51,699 bases of DNA from Candidatus Woesearchaeota archaeon (GTDB lineage Archaea > Nanobdellota > Nanobdellia > Woesearchaeales > UBA10216): contig JACPIJ010000060.1 in assembly GCA_016188145.1 (NCBI GenBank), positions 1 through 51,699 of the forward strand, given 5' to 3'. Each line of letters starts with the position of its first letter. The first letter of the stretch is position 1. The translations under genes were made by a program, and so were the position numbers. The notes beneath the pieces are model-generated. The model had not been told where the DNA came from. It ran no database searches and worked only from the letters and a program-made list of their open reading frames with translations. This document shows positions 1-9,500 of this stretch, in pieces.

Positions 1-145
1 CCGCCCATATACCGGCGTAGTCCGTCAGCTTTTTCTTTTTCTTGAAGTGCTCTCTAATAACATCTGAGAAGCTTTCATCCGGCAGCTTATGCCTTACCAG
101 AAGTTCGTAAGAATCTTCCGTTATTGCAATGTTCTTTGTGGCCAT
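1..145 (-). CDS. VapB-type antitoxin-like protein (DUF217/COG1753-like), 3' end cut by the window edge
   Basis: My minus-strand translation from the ATG at 143-145 gives MATKNIAITEDSYELLVRHKLPDESFSDVIREHFKKKKKLTDYAGIWA... This fits the archaeal small-antitoxin pattern (I-x-I-x-E-x-x-Y-x-L ... ESFSDVI ... GIW). A CTTAAATAT TATA-like box lies about 25 nt upstream. A 9-bp inverted repeat ATATGGGTA/TACCCATAT at 144-171 overlaps the promoter. Confidence 0.55.
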   Translation of the reverse strand, partial: MATKNIAITEDSYELLVRHKLPDESFSDVIREHFKKKKKLTDYAGIWA

Positions 146-171
146 ATGGGTATGCGTATGTGTACCCATAT

Positions 172-432
172 TTAAGCTTTTCTGTTTTTTTGCTTCACTG
201 CAGCCTTGAACATCCTTGTTTCCCTCTTTATGTCTATCATGTCAAATATCTTTATTTTTGGGATGAGTGGCAGCAGCATGAGCACGAACAGCAGGGCTAT
301 TAGGTACCTTGCGAAGAAGTCTGACTGCAGGGGGTATAGGTTGAAGAGGTAAATGCCAAGTATCAGCAGCACGAGCAGTAGCAGCGAGAAATAAAGCGCT
401 ATTGCTACCCTGCTACCTCTTTTTTGTGCCAT
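172..432 (-). CDS. small hypothetical membrane protein
   Basis: 86-aa ORF with two hydrophobic stretches (VAIALYFSLLLLVLLILGIYLF and YLIALLFVLMLLPLI). It sits 6 nt downstream of the GT4 gene on the same strand. Confidence 0.4.
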   Translation of the reverse strand: MAQKRGSRVAIALYFSLLLLVLLILGIYLFNLYPLQSDFFARYLIALLFVLMLLPLIPKIKIFDMIDIKRETRMFKAAVKQKNRKA

Positions 433-438
433 GGCTCA

Positions 439-1587
439 TTACCGGACTATGCTGTTTTTAAAGCTTTTTGCTGCGAGCTCCTTGTAGACGTCCAAGTATT
501 TCGCAATGTTCGCTTCAATCGTGAACTTCCTTAGTGGCGTTTTGTGGCACTTGCCCTTATGCATGCTGGTAACAGCATCCGCTATTTCCCTGCTGTTTTT
601 TGGCTCAACAAGGATGTGCTTCCCGCTCACAACTTCAGGCAGCGATGTGGTATCGCTTGCAACGATTGGCTTTCCCATTGCAGCGGCTTCTGCAGCAGTG
701 TATCCGAACCCTTCGCTTATTGATGGCACAATCACGCAGTCAGCAGCCATTATGTAATCAGGAAGTTCCGAGTGCGGCACAGGCTCAATGTTTATTATTC
801 TGCCGTCAAGTTGCAGTTTTTTTATCAGCTGCAGCAATTGCGAATATTTTTCTTGGTATTGCCTATCTCTGCTCAACATAAGCATCATTTTAGCATTTGG
901 GATTGAAGCAGAGATTTCCTTCATCGCTGTTATCGCATATTCAATTCCTTTGCTAGGCCCCGGTCTGCCATATACAAGTAACACGTAGTTCTGCTGCAGC
1001 GAATATTTTTTTCTGACTTTGTTGCCATTGTACTTTTGTGGGTTAAAGTGCCCGTAATCAACGCCGTTGTAAATCGTAACTGCGTTCTTCTTCCCTATTC
1101 CCAGAAGCTGCTGCCTTGTTGAGTTTGAGACAGCAACATACTTATCGACAGCAGGAAGCAAGTAGAGGAATCTTTCGACCATGTCGTGAATGAAAGCCTT
1201 GATTGGGTTAAAGTCCGTGTACTGCCACCATTTTCCAACCCAGACCTCGTGTATTGTTGCCACCAATGGTTTCCTGTTCAGCTTTGCCGCAGCCCATGCG
1301 GGAAAGAAGCCGTTGAACGTGGTGGTGTGCACAATATCGGCTTTTCCCGCAGCTGCAACTGCTGCCGGAATTGCCAAGAAAGTGAATAAATACCTGCTGC
1401 CGAAGCAGCTTACCCTCCTTACCTTAACGCCGTTTATTGTTTCCTCAGCCGCTGTTCCCCTTATGCGGTGCGTTATTATGGTTGCAGAGTGCCCTTTTTT
1501 GACAAGCCCTTCTGCAAGGTTTTTGAATACCATCTCTACCCCTCCGATGTGGGGGAGATAGTTTTCTATCACGAAGAGTATGTTCAT
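439..1587 (-). CDS. glycosyltransferase, GT4 (GT-B fold) family
   Basis: N-terminus MNILFVIENYLPHIGGVEMV. The C-terminal E-x7-E region reads PSISEGFGYTAAEAAAMGKPIV, typical of GT4 enzymes. Confidence 0.85.
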   Translation of the reverse strand: MNILFVIENYLPHIGGVEMVFKNLAEGLVKKGHSATIITHRIRGTAAEETINGVKVRRVSCFGSRYLFTFLAIPAAVAAAGKADIVHTTTFNGFFPAWAAAKLNRKPLVATIHEVWVGKWWQYTDFNPIKAFIHDMVERFLYLLPAVDKYVAVSNSTRQQLLGIGKKNAVTIYNGVDYGHFNPQKYNGNKVRKKYSLQQNYVLLVYGRPGPSKGIEYAITAMKEISASIPNAKMMLMLSRDRQYQEKYSQLLQLIKKLQLDGRIINIEPVPHSELPDYIMAADCVIVPSISEGFGYTAAEAAAMGKPIVASDTTSLPEVVSGKHILVEPKNSREIADAVTSMHKGKCHKTPLRKFTIEANIAKYLDVYKELAAKSFKNSIVR

Positions 1588-1593
1588 ATTCGG

Positions 1594-1624
1594 TTTTTGA
1601 TCAACCTTTTTCTTAAAAAGGTTG
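1594..1624 (-). repeat. hairpin + ATCAAAAAC element, short copy A
   Basis: Minus-strand reading: CAACCTTTTT-AAG-AAAAAGGTTG-ATCAAAAAC-CGAAT-ATG. A 10-bp stem lies between a TTTAAATA box (1640-1647) and the GT4 start codon. Confidence 0.8.
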
Positions 1625-1679
1625 TGCTGCAGATGCAGATATTTAAACGTGTTTGTTGTTTTTGGCTCATCTGTTATGC

Positions 1680-3518
1680 TCAGAACCCTATTTGCCTTTC
1701 AGCTCGTCCCAGAACATTTTTTCTCGCTATGTACGGGATTGTGTCAAGAAAATTTATTGGATGTACGAACCTAATCATTCCAGGCAGGCCGTAAGAGGCA
1801 AGTGTTTCTGTAGCTTCGTGCTTTGTTATTAAGTTAATTCCTGTTTCGCTTGTTGCCCGGTGTTTTCTTTCCATGAGATAGTCCTGCATTGTGTTGGTTA
1901 TTGTTTGAAATGCTGTGATTCCATGGGAGTGGGCTTCTTTGCCAAGGCGTATTTCTCCAGTTATGATCAGCTCGTGTACCACCAGAGCAAACATTACTGG
2001 CCGAGCGTCTATCCTGACTCCGTATGTCCTGTTTATTTCTTCCGCCAGCCTTTTGTATTCCTGTGAGTCTTTGCTTATCATTAGCAGCTGTACTATCGGC
2101 GGCAGGGCCTCCCCCATCCTGGTCAGTATTTCCAAGGATGCTCTTATCTGGCCCCCTGTGCCGTACCTTTTATCAAGCTCTTCTGACATTATTTTATCTG
2201 CAAGCTCTGAGGAGAACTCATTGCTTTGTGCAAATAGGCGCCTGTCGCCTCTTTCCGCATTTCCTGTCACTGTGGCAACTGAGTTGTGCTGGTTATAAGG
2301 CCGCGAAAGCGACTGCAGCCTGCTGAGAACATATTCTAGAACAAGAAAACCACTGTGTTGCGGCACCGCTTCCCTCAGCATCATCTTTTTGAAAAGGTTG
2401 TCATATATTGTTTCATACCTTTGCCTTGTTGATTCCAGGTACTCAGTGACAACTCCAGTGACTGCTTCGATTACGACTTCGCGCTCTCTCACCAAGTCAG
2501 TAACTGTTATTACCCTGCCTTTGAAGCCTTCAGGTATGGCTGTTACTAATCCTCTTGACAGTCTTGGGCTTGGCCTTCTTCCTGGGCCAACAACTGCGGG
2601 CTTGGTTTCGTCAGCAGCTTGTTCGGCGCTTGTTGTGCCCGTGCTGAGCACCATTGGGGAGGCAAACTTTTCTATTACCCTTCCGATGTATTCTCGTACG
2701 AGCCTGCTGATTTCTTCTGGGTAGTGTATCTGCACTGGCCTTCTGCGCTTATGCCCAGTTTCCTGAGCGGCTCTTTCCTTCGCGACAGCCGCATCTGCCA
2801 CGGTTTCAGCCTTTGCTGTCATTCCGCTCAGCATGTAGCCCACTATCTTTCCCACAAGGTCCCTGTAGAGCCAGTATGCTGCTCTTGGGTCTTTCGGGTA
2901 GGCCTTTTCGTCAAAGCTGCCTGTGCTTTGCTCCCATTTCAGAAATTCGGGGTTAATTGCTGCGAGTTGTTCAAGGGCTGAGTTTTCAAAGGCTTCTGCC
3001 TCGTAGTCGAACTCTTTCGGCGCTACCGTGGGTCCTGTTATCCACTTATAGATTGTTTGTTGCGTTCTTGCTTTTACACGGCTGTGGACAACCGCTGCCA
3101 TCTGTCTCAGCTCTTTACTGCTGAACCCTTGCCCTTCGCTTGCCAGCTTGTCTTCTAAGCCTTCTCTGCCCATGCCAAGGCAGGGCAGTTGCAATCCGTC
3201 TTTAGCATTGAGCTTCCACAGCCCTGTTATTATCAGGTAGCTCAGCATCGTTTGCCTGCGCCCGTAGTCTTTGAAGAGAAACCGCAGCGCTGCCTGCATC
3301 CTTTCTTCCTTTTCAATTGAAGCGAAGGCTTCTTTGTAGGTTATGCCTTGGATTGCTTGCCTGTGCACAAGGGGATGGTGGCCCTGCCTCACGTCGCTGC
3401 CCACGACTTTTAGGTAAACTCCCTCCCCCTTAAGGTCGCCTATGTCCAGAAAGGCCGGCTTGTCTCCCTCGGTCAGGAAGGTTCTTCCAGCAACCTCTAT
3501 CATGGTGTCCAGCGGCAT
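1680..3518 (-). CDS. hypothetical cytoplasmic protein, 612 aa, no recognisable domain
   Basis: Long uninterrupted ORF with complex composition and no TM segments. A CATTAAATACC TATA-like box lies about 28 nt upstream of the ATG. I could not place it in any family. Confidence 0.6.
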   Translation of the reverse strand: MPLDTMIEVAGRTFLTEGDKPAFLDIGDLKGEGVYLKVVGSDVRQGHHPLVHRQAIQGITYKEAFASIEKEERMQAALRFLFKDYGRRQTMLSYLIITGLWKLNAKDGLQLPCLGMGREGLEDKLASEGQGFSSKELRQMAAVVHSRVKARTQQTIYKWITGPTVAPKEFDYEAEAFENSALEQLAAINPEFLKWEQSTGSFDEKAYPKDPRAAYWLYRDLVGKIVGYMLSGMTAKAETVADAAVAKERAAQETGHKRRRPVQIHYPEEISRLVREYIGRVIEKFASPMVLSTGTTSAEQAADETKPAVVGPGRRPSPRLSRGLVTAIPEGFKGRVITVTDLVREREVVIEAVTGVVTEYLESTRQRYETIYDNLFKKMMLREAVPQHSGFLVLEYVLSRLQSLSRPYNQHNSVATVTGNAERGDRRLFAQSNEFSSELADKIMSEELDKRYGTGGQIRASLEILTRMGEALPPIVQLLMISKDSQEYKRLAEEINRTYGVRIDARPVMFALVVHELIITGEIRLGKEAHSHGITAFQTITNTMQDYLMERKHRATSETGINLITKHEATETLASYGLPGMIRFVHPINFLDTIPYIARKNVLGRAERQIGF

Positions 3519-3713
3519 CGTGATTTGGTTAAAAGAAATGGTATTTAATGCTTTTTCACAGTAGGCATTGTTACGCTACGGGTGTAAGCTTTATCCCTTC
3601 TTTAGCATTCCTCAATCTCCTGTATTCTCCAGCCAGGGCTTTTAGTTATCTGCCCCAATAGTTGGCTAAAAATCGGACTTATGAGGTAAAGCGGGTTGCG
3701 ATGAGCTATTGCT

Positions 3714-4463
3714 TCAGAAGAACATTGGCAATAAGTATGCCAGTCCCAGTCCGACAGCTATCGCGCCGATGCTGAATGAGATTATCCAAAACCACGTCGT
3801 TCCGCCTTTTCGCAGGAAAATCCAGACCGGAATTAAGCTCAAAAATTGGACAAGGAAGTCGTTCCAGAAGTAAAAGCTCGTTACCATTCCTTGAAATCCG
3901 TAGCCGAAGTGCCCGAAAGCCCCTCCGGTGTAGTATCCAAACGCTGCAGGAATGACAGTATAGCCGATTATTGGCCCGCACACCTCAATCAGCCTCGCCC
4001 ACAGCGCAATCCTGATTCCGGCCGCCTTCTGGTCAAACGTCAGAAGGAAGAGGGTGCCTAAGCCGATGCCGTAGAACATGGTGTCGTACAGGCCGCCCCT
4101 GAACCCTGTCCTTGCCCCGCCGAAAACGACTGCCAGAAGTCCGTTGGCAATAAGCACCAGGGAAATCAGGGCGAGAAATTTGCTCCTGTTCCACTTCAGC
4201 CTTATTCTTGGCTTCAGGAATTCCACGAACAGGCCAAGCGCAATCAGGTAATAGGCCAGCTGGAACGTCAGGCTGAGGAAAATCCCCCTCGTTGCAGGGC
4301 TCATTCCCTTGATGTAATCCGGCAGTTCATGCGCTCTTGCTTCAGAAAGGTTGACAAAGCCTATGGTGCTGGCAACTATCCATGATATAATTGCTGCTAT
4401 GAAAAGCAGGAGAAAGCCCTTTACGATTAGCTTTTCTTTATCCACAGCTCTAGCCGTTGCCAT
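3714..4463 (-). CDS. polytopic membrane protein, unknown function
   Basis: 249 aa with at least 6 hydrophobic helices. Its start overlaps the stop of the upstream TIM-barrel gene by 14 nt, which suggests translational coupling. Confidence 0.6.
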   Translation of the reverse strand: MATARAVDKEKLIVKGFLLLFIAAIISWIVASTIGFVNLSEARAHELPDYIKGMSPATRGIFLSLTFQLAYYLIALGLFVEFLKPRIRLKWNRSKFLALISLVLIANGLLAVVFGGARTGFRGGLYDTMFYGIGLGTLFLLTFDQKAAGIRIALWARLIEVCGPIIGYTVIPAAFGYYTGGAFGHFGYGFQGMVTSFYFWNDFLVQFLSLIPVWIFLRKGGTTWFWIISFSIGAIAVGLGLAYLLPMFF

Positions 4464-5214
4464 TTTTCAAGAACTCAACTTCCTTCTTTCTCTGCTCTAT
4501 GTCTACCGGCGTTTCAAGGCACACAGGCTTGTTCGCCTTCTTCACGGTTTCTTTCACGAAGTCAGGGTCTATGGCGCCTTCAAATATGCTCTGGTGGTGC
4601 CCCTTTGAATAAACTCTTGTGTTAAGTCTCACGCCGCTCAACTGGAAATATTCAGGCTTCAGTCTCATCAGCCCGGCAACAAACCTCTTATAGTCAATCC
4701 CAAGCTGATGGGCTGCGATCGCGGCATGTTCGAAGTCAAGACAAAACCCCGCACCCGTTATTTCAAGCAGTTCTCTTAGGTGCTCATAGTCATAGCAGAT
4801 GTAGTATTTTCCCTTCTCTATATCGAAGGCAGCCTTCGGATAGCTGTTCTCTATCAGCAGTCTGCCGTAGCTTACGGTTTTTGCGAGCTTTGCCACGGCT
4901 TTGGCGGCTTTCCTGACGAATTCTTCATCTGGTTCCTCTTCAACTAGCCCTGTATGCATTATTATCAGTCCTGCCTTGAGCTTTTTTGCAGCACCTACTG
5001 CCTGGTCCAGCAGCTTTCGGCTCTTCCTCATGTTGTGAATCGGGCTGAATCCGAAGAGTTCGTGAGGCACATGGATGGTGTATTTGCGCTTTCTTCTTGC
5101 GAGCTTGTCAAGGCTCCTTTCGCTTCTTGGCAGGACCTCTATGAAGTCGGCAAATTCCGATTTATCAACGTACTTTACAGGGTTGCTGCTCCAGAGTTTT
5201 ATTCCTACTTCCAT
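4450..5214 (-). CDS. xylose-isomerase-like TIM-barrel protein (sugar phosphate isomerase/epimerase family)
   Basis: Family-typical layout: ...YTIHVPHELFGFSP..., ...LIIMHTGL..., ...LIENSY..., ...GFCLDFEHA... An AGGTGA Shine-Dalgarno sits 5 nt upstream of the ATG. Confidence 0.65.
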   Translation of the reverse strand: MEVGIKLWSSNPVKYVDKSEFADFIEVLPRSERSLDKLARRKRKYTIHVPHELFGFSPIHNMRKSRKLLDQAVGAAKKLKAGLIIMHTGLVEEEPDEEFVRKAAKAVAKLAKTVSYGRLLIENSYPKAAFDIEKGKYYICYDYEHLRELLEITGAGFCLDFEHAAIAAHQLGIDYKRFVAGLMRLKPEYFQLSGVRLNTRVYSKGHHQSIFEGAIDPDFVKETVKKANKPVCLETPVDIEQRKKEVEFLKNGNG

Positions 5215-5265
5215 TCATTCACCTTTTTTTAACAATGCAAATAGTCATTTGCCGCAGCTGTTGTA

Positions 5266-5309
5266 ATAGCAAATCTCGGTAATTTTTGAACTTTTGCGAG
5301 ATTTGCTAT
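5266..5309. repeat. perfect 13-bp inverted repeat with an 18-nt loop
   Basis: ATAGCAAATCTCG (5266-5278) pairs with CGAGATTTGCTAT (5297-5309). It lies between the DUF2304 stop and the TIM-barrel gene start. Confidence 0.8.
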
Positions 5310-5325
5310 AATGCCAAGACTATTT

Positions 5326-5760
5326 TCACTTCTTCCGCTGCGTTTTCTGATTGACCTCTCCACGTCGTCTTTGGACGACGGGACCAGTCGTGCTTGCACG
5401 ACTTGGTTTCTTAAAGAGGTCATGCTGTGGTTCCTGCGCCCTTTCGAGTGCGAGCTGCCTAACGAGCTCTTCAAGGCCTTTCTGCGTTTTCCTGACAACG
5501 CGGTAGGAATAGAACGTAGCCGCTATGAGGAACATGAAGCCCAGTATTATGAAAAGGTCCAGCTTTCTTTCAAGCCTTAATGCAGCTGTTATTGGGTTGA
5601 TGACGTCGGGGAAAAGCGAGATTGCGCTGAATGACAGTGCAAACAGGCTCCAGAATGCCCACTCGTTTATTGTGAATTCCTTTTTCTTCCACTGGAGGAA
5701 GCTCATGTAGAGCATGAATGCGCCGAATACTATTCCGAAGACCTGTACGCCAAGCACCAT
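5326..5760 (-). CDS. DUF2304-family small membrane protein (usual GT2 partner) with an element-encoded C-terminal tail
   Basis: MVLGVQVFGIVFGAFMLYMSFLQWKKKEFTINEWAFWSLFALSF...FIILGFMFLIAATFYSYRVV fits DUF2304, and it lies directly downstream of a GT2 gene. The last ~30 codons are read straight through repeat copy E. Confidence 0.65.
   Translation of the reverse strand: MVLGVQVFGIVFGAFMLYMSFLQWKKKEFTINEWAFWSLFALSFSAISLFPDVINPITAALRLERKLDLFIILGFMFLIAATFYSYRVVRKTQKGLEELVRQLALERAQEPQHDLFKKPSRASTTGPVVQRRRGEVNQKTQRKK
5343..5422 (-). repeat. hairpin + ATCAAAAAC element, long copy E (carries a two-hairpin insert)
   Basis: Outer stem TGACCTCT/AGAGGTCA encloses CCACGTCGTC-TTTG-GACGACGGG and ACCAGTCGTGC-TT-GCACGACTTGGT. 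It is flanked by the (plus-strand) TTTTCTGAT motif. Confidence 0.85.
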
Positions 5761-5804
5761 GCATTATCGCCTTTTTCCTTCCCGTTTATATGTTTTTCTG
5801 TGGC

Positions 5805-6467
5805 TTACCTGGCTATTTTCCACCACAGCATCTTCAGCACGATGTTTACCCCGTCAAAGACTGTCGTGCCCTTGTACCTGTCTGCGTATATGGTTTTTAT
5901 TGGGAGCTGCGCGAATTTGAGCCTGTATTTTCCTGTTTTTGCAACTATCTCTGATTCTATGCTGTAGTCGTTCGACATGAGGCTCAGCTTTTCGTAAGCT
6001 GACCTGGTCAGGGCTTTGTAGCCGCACTGGGTGTCTTTCACGTTTATGTGGAATAGCAGCCTAATGACGGCGTCTATGAACCAGTTGCCAACCTTCTTCA
6101 CGATTGGCATGTTCTGGCTTCTCCTGTCCCGGTAGGTAAACACGATGTCGTTGCCTTTCAGCGCCTCAATCAGCCTTGGCAGGTCTTCCGGGTCGTGCTG
6201 CCCGTCGCTGTCCATGAAAACCAGCGCCTCGCAGCTTTTTCCGTAAGCATAGGTGCAGCCAGTCCTTAGGGCTGCTCCTTTCCCGAGGTTGATAATGTGC
6301 CTCAAAACAATCACGTCGTGCTTTTCTGCTACAGCTGCCGTGCCGTCCCTTGAGCCGTCGTCCACCGCGACTATTCTTTTGTTCGCAGCGAATTTCTTTG
6401 CTGCTTCAAGCACGTTGCCCAGGTTTCTTCCCTCGTTATGGGCGGGTATTATTACGTAGAAATCCAT
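5805..6467 (-). CDS. GT2 glycosyltransferase (dolichyl-phosphate hexose synthase-like)
   Basis: MDFYVIIPAHNEGRNL..., VAVDDGSRDGT and DSDGQHDPEDL (DXD) motifs. The ORF track extends it to 6551, but that would overlap the aglB stop. In-frame ATGs at 6509, 6494 and 6467 are all possible; 6467 gives the family-typical N-terminus. Confidence 0.85.
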   Translation of the reverse strand: MDFYVIIPAHNEGRNLGNVLEAAKKFAANKRIVAVDDGSRDGTAAVAEKHDVIVLRHIINLGKGAALRTGCTYAYGKSCEALVFMDSDGQHDPEDLPRLIEALKGNDIVFTYRDRRSQNMPIVKKVGNWFIDAVIRLLFHINVKDTQCGYKALTRSAYEKLSLMSNDYSIESEIVAKTGKYRLKFAQLPIKTIYADRYKGTTVFDGVNIVLKMLWWKIAR

Positions 6468-6532
6468 TTTTGAGTTCGTTTTTGCAGTTGCCATTTTGAC
6501 AATTTGCATTTTGCCGATCTTGCAGGATATGT

Positions 6533-9500
6533 TTACTCGAGCGTATCCCACTGTGCCTTGTATACGTACACGTTTGTTCCTGTCAGGCCGCGGTTGTGCG
6601 TGAGCAGCTTGAAGTGCTTGAGGCCCTTTCCTTCCATGAAAAACATCCTGGTGAACATCCCCGCTGCCTGCTCAGGGCTTGCCACGGCGGCATAATAACT
6701 GCTGTAGCTGTTACTGCTTCCAAGCCATTCTCCCTGGGGCACAAGTATCACTGAGAGCTGTTGCGGGACTGTGTCGTTTGCGTACGCCCTTTCCGCAAAT
6801 TCTTCCGTTCCTGTTTCGTTTGTCATGTATACAAATGAGATAGGATGCAAAACCTTTCCCTCTTGCGCGGGGAAATAGGCGTCGTTTGTGGTGAGGTTGA
6901 CTGTTAAGCCGTTGCCGCAACTCACAAGCTTGTCCTGCTCGTTTTCATTGCTGGCAAGTATTGCGCACCCGCTTACGTCTCCGGAGAAGCTTGGCCAGGG
7001 CGCTATCCAGCTATTCGCCTCGCGGTCATCCTTTATTCTTGCAATCTCATTGTATGTCGCCTTCGCCTTCTCTTCAGAATAGTTGAACATCTCCTTCATC
7101 GCAGTTACAGCTTCTTTTTGGCTTTTGCCTTTCAGGGTTTGCCATGCTATGCCTTTTTCGAAGTCCCAGCTTCCAAAATGCCCCCACACTCCGGATTTGC
7201 CTATCATGTCTTCTGACGCTATTACGTAGGCCTCCGGAGGTGTGCAGTGCGTGTACTTCAGCACGTTTTCTGCCTGACCTTGTGTCAGGTTGTAATCCAG
7301 AACCAGCAGTGTTTTTGCATCCTGCTTTAACGGAGTTGCCGTCAGCCTGTAAAGTATTTTTATAGTGGCGGCAAAGTCATTTTTTGCCTTATTCAGTTCG
7401 TCGAAGGCTATGGTGCTGCCGCAGTCAAGCATCCTCAGTATGCCTGCCGCTTCTGTCTCGTTTTTTGTCATGAAAAACTTCCCAACCCAGTGAGCAGGAG
7501 GATATTGCTGGGTTGTGCCGTCAAACGTAACCCTCCTGTCGGTTATGGACTTGAAGTGGTGCCCGAAGTCCCACCACGAGGTAATTATTGCATCAGGTTT
7601 GGAATCGTCCTGTATTGCAGTGAGTGAGCCGTACCACGCGTCATTAATTATTGGCACATCATTGTTGGCTATGGAGTAGGCTTTCTTTGTAACATCTGTT
7701 GAATAGGTTACTGTTGCCAGCATTACGAATACTGCTGTCGCAGCCGCAAACTTATTCAGCTTTAGGAAATTTTCGTTTATCCACATTAATAGCCTGAAGA
7801 TAAGCCCGAGCGTTGCGCCGAATCCAAGCCCCGCCATGGGAGCCAGCAGCAGCACGAATCTTATGCCTTTGGTGCTTGCGTAGATTGTGCCTGCAAACCA
7901 CACCACCACTAACGTTGCAAAGAATACCGAGTACAGCGCTTTTTCTTCTTTCGGCACTATCGCCTTTAGCTTGTTCTTGAGAAAGCCAAAGTTTGTTATT
8001 GCAACAGCGGTAAGCATTGCAGCGCTCAAAAATGAAAGCCAGAAGATGTTCGGCGTTATGCTGTTGACTACTTGGTCAAAGTTTCCTTCGTTAAGCTCGG
8101 CTACTGTCGTGAGCACGTTGGGCCAAAACGATGCGCCAACGACCGGACTTTTCAGCGTCTGCACGCCAAGTGCGAGCAGGGGCGTTTCCAGGAACTTGTT
8201 AAATCCCGTGAAGAGTGTTATGAGTGCTGCCGTCGAAAAGAAAAAGACCGCCGTCGGCATTATGAAACGCTTCCCAACGTTTCCTGCCAATATAAGCCTT
8301 AGCGTCTTGCCTAAACTCAGCTTGGTGCCTTCAACAAGCTGCGTGAATACGCTAACGGCAGCACCTGCCAGTATTGCTGCTGCCGCGGCACTGAGGATGA
8401 ATAGGAAAATAAACCACCACCCTCCCCAAGCCATGCTGTAAAGCGCTACTGAAAAACCGGCAAACAAGGCAAGCATAGTTCTCCATATAGCCCTATGCTC
8501 GTGGATTGCCTGCACGAACAGCCAGACTGAAAGCACGGCAAAAAAGATTACCACCTGGTCGTTATCGCCATGGATGGTCCTGTTGACGTAAGCCGCGTGC
8601 AGCGCAGCCATCAGGGCTCCAAAGAATCCTCCTACGGTGCCGGCAATTTTCCTTCCTATCAGGAATATTAGCAGCGCTGTTAGGCTTGTAAAAAGTACAG
8701 AGTATATCATGGTCTGGACTTCCCAAAGCGTTACGGAGTGGTTGAAGAACCTTACAAACTTGTAAAGGTATGCGATAAAATATGGAAAGAAGTAGTCCTG
8801 GGGTGAAATCTCTCTCCCAAGCGGCGCAACCTGATGGTTGTCCCATTCCAGTCCGTTCCTTATTTCATCCCCAATGTGGCCTTTTTCAACTATGTTCAGG
8901 GCATACCTGTTCCAGTAGTAAGGGTCAATGTCCGGCGAGTAGGGTCTGCCTTCCTCATCCCTGTAGAAATCCTTTATGAACTCTGAAGTGCTTTTTATCT
9001 GGCTGCTGACGTCAATCTGCTGCCCTGCATACTGACCTGTTTTGAAAATGTATGTTTTGCTGCTCCTTGCCTTGTTCATCTCATCAGCCAAAATCTGGCT
9101 TTTTCTCTTGTCAGGAAGGTTTGGGTACTGTGCGTTTATTGCGCCCTGTATGTCATTTTGCATGGTATTGTAAACAGAGTTGCTCGCCCAGTCCTCAGCG
9201 AAACGCAGCTGCGACGGCTGCGTCCTGACATCGGCAGTTAAGCCAATAACTATCAGAATTCCTAAAATTGGTAGTATGACAGAGCCCTTTTTTCTTAAAA
9301 ATTCGGCAATGGAATTGAAGTCCAGTGAGACCTCGTCCCCTTCAGTCACACCATGCGGTTTTTCTCCTTTTTCCTTTTCTTTTCCTTCCCTCTTGACTCT
9401 GAAAAGTCCCTTAATGCCGGAAGCCAGCCTCCCAATATCTATTTCAGCTTCTTCCCCTTCCTTTTTTCCTTCTGCTTCTGCGCTGCGGCTGCCGTGGTGC

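Noticed and set aside
5311-5580. The plus-strand ORFs 5311-5580 and 9620-9871 share the peptide LIDLSTSS(L/F)DDGT(S/R)RACTTWF, which could suggest a conserved micro-protein.
   Set aside because: The shared peptide is just the translation of the repeated structured element. The nucleotide differences between copies are pairwise compensatory in stems, which points to structure rather than coding. Both ORFs are antisense to well-supported genes.
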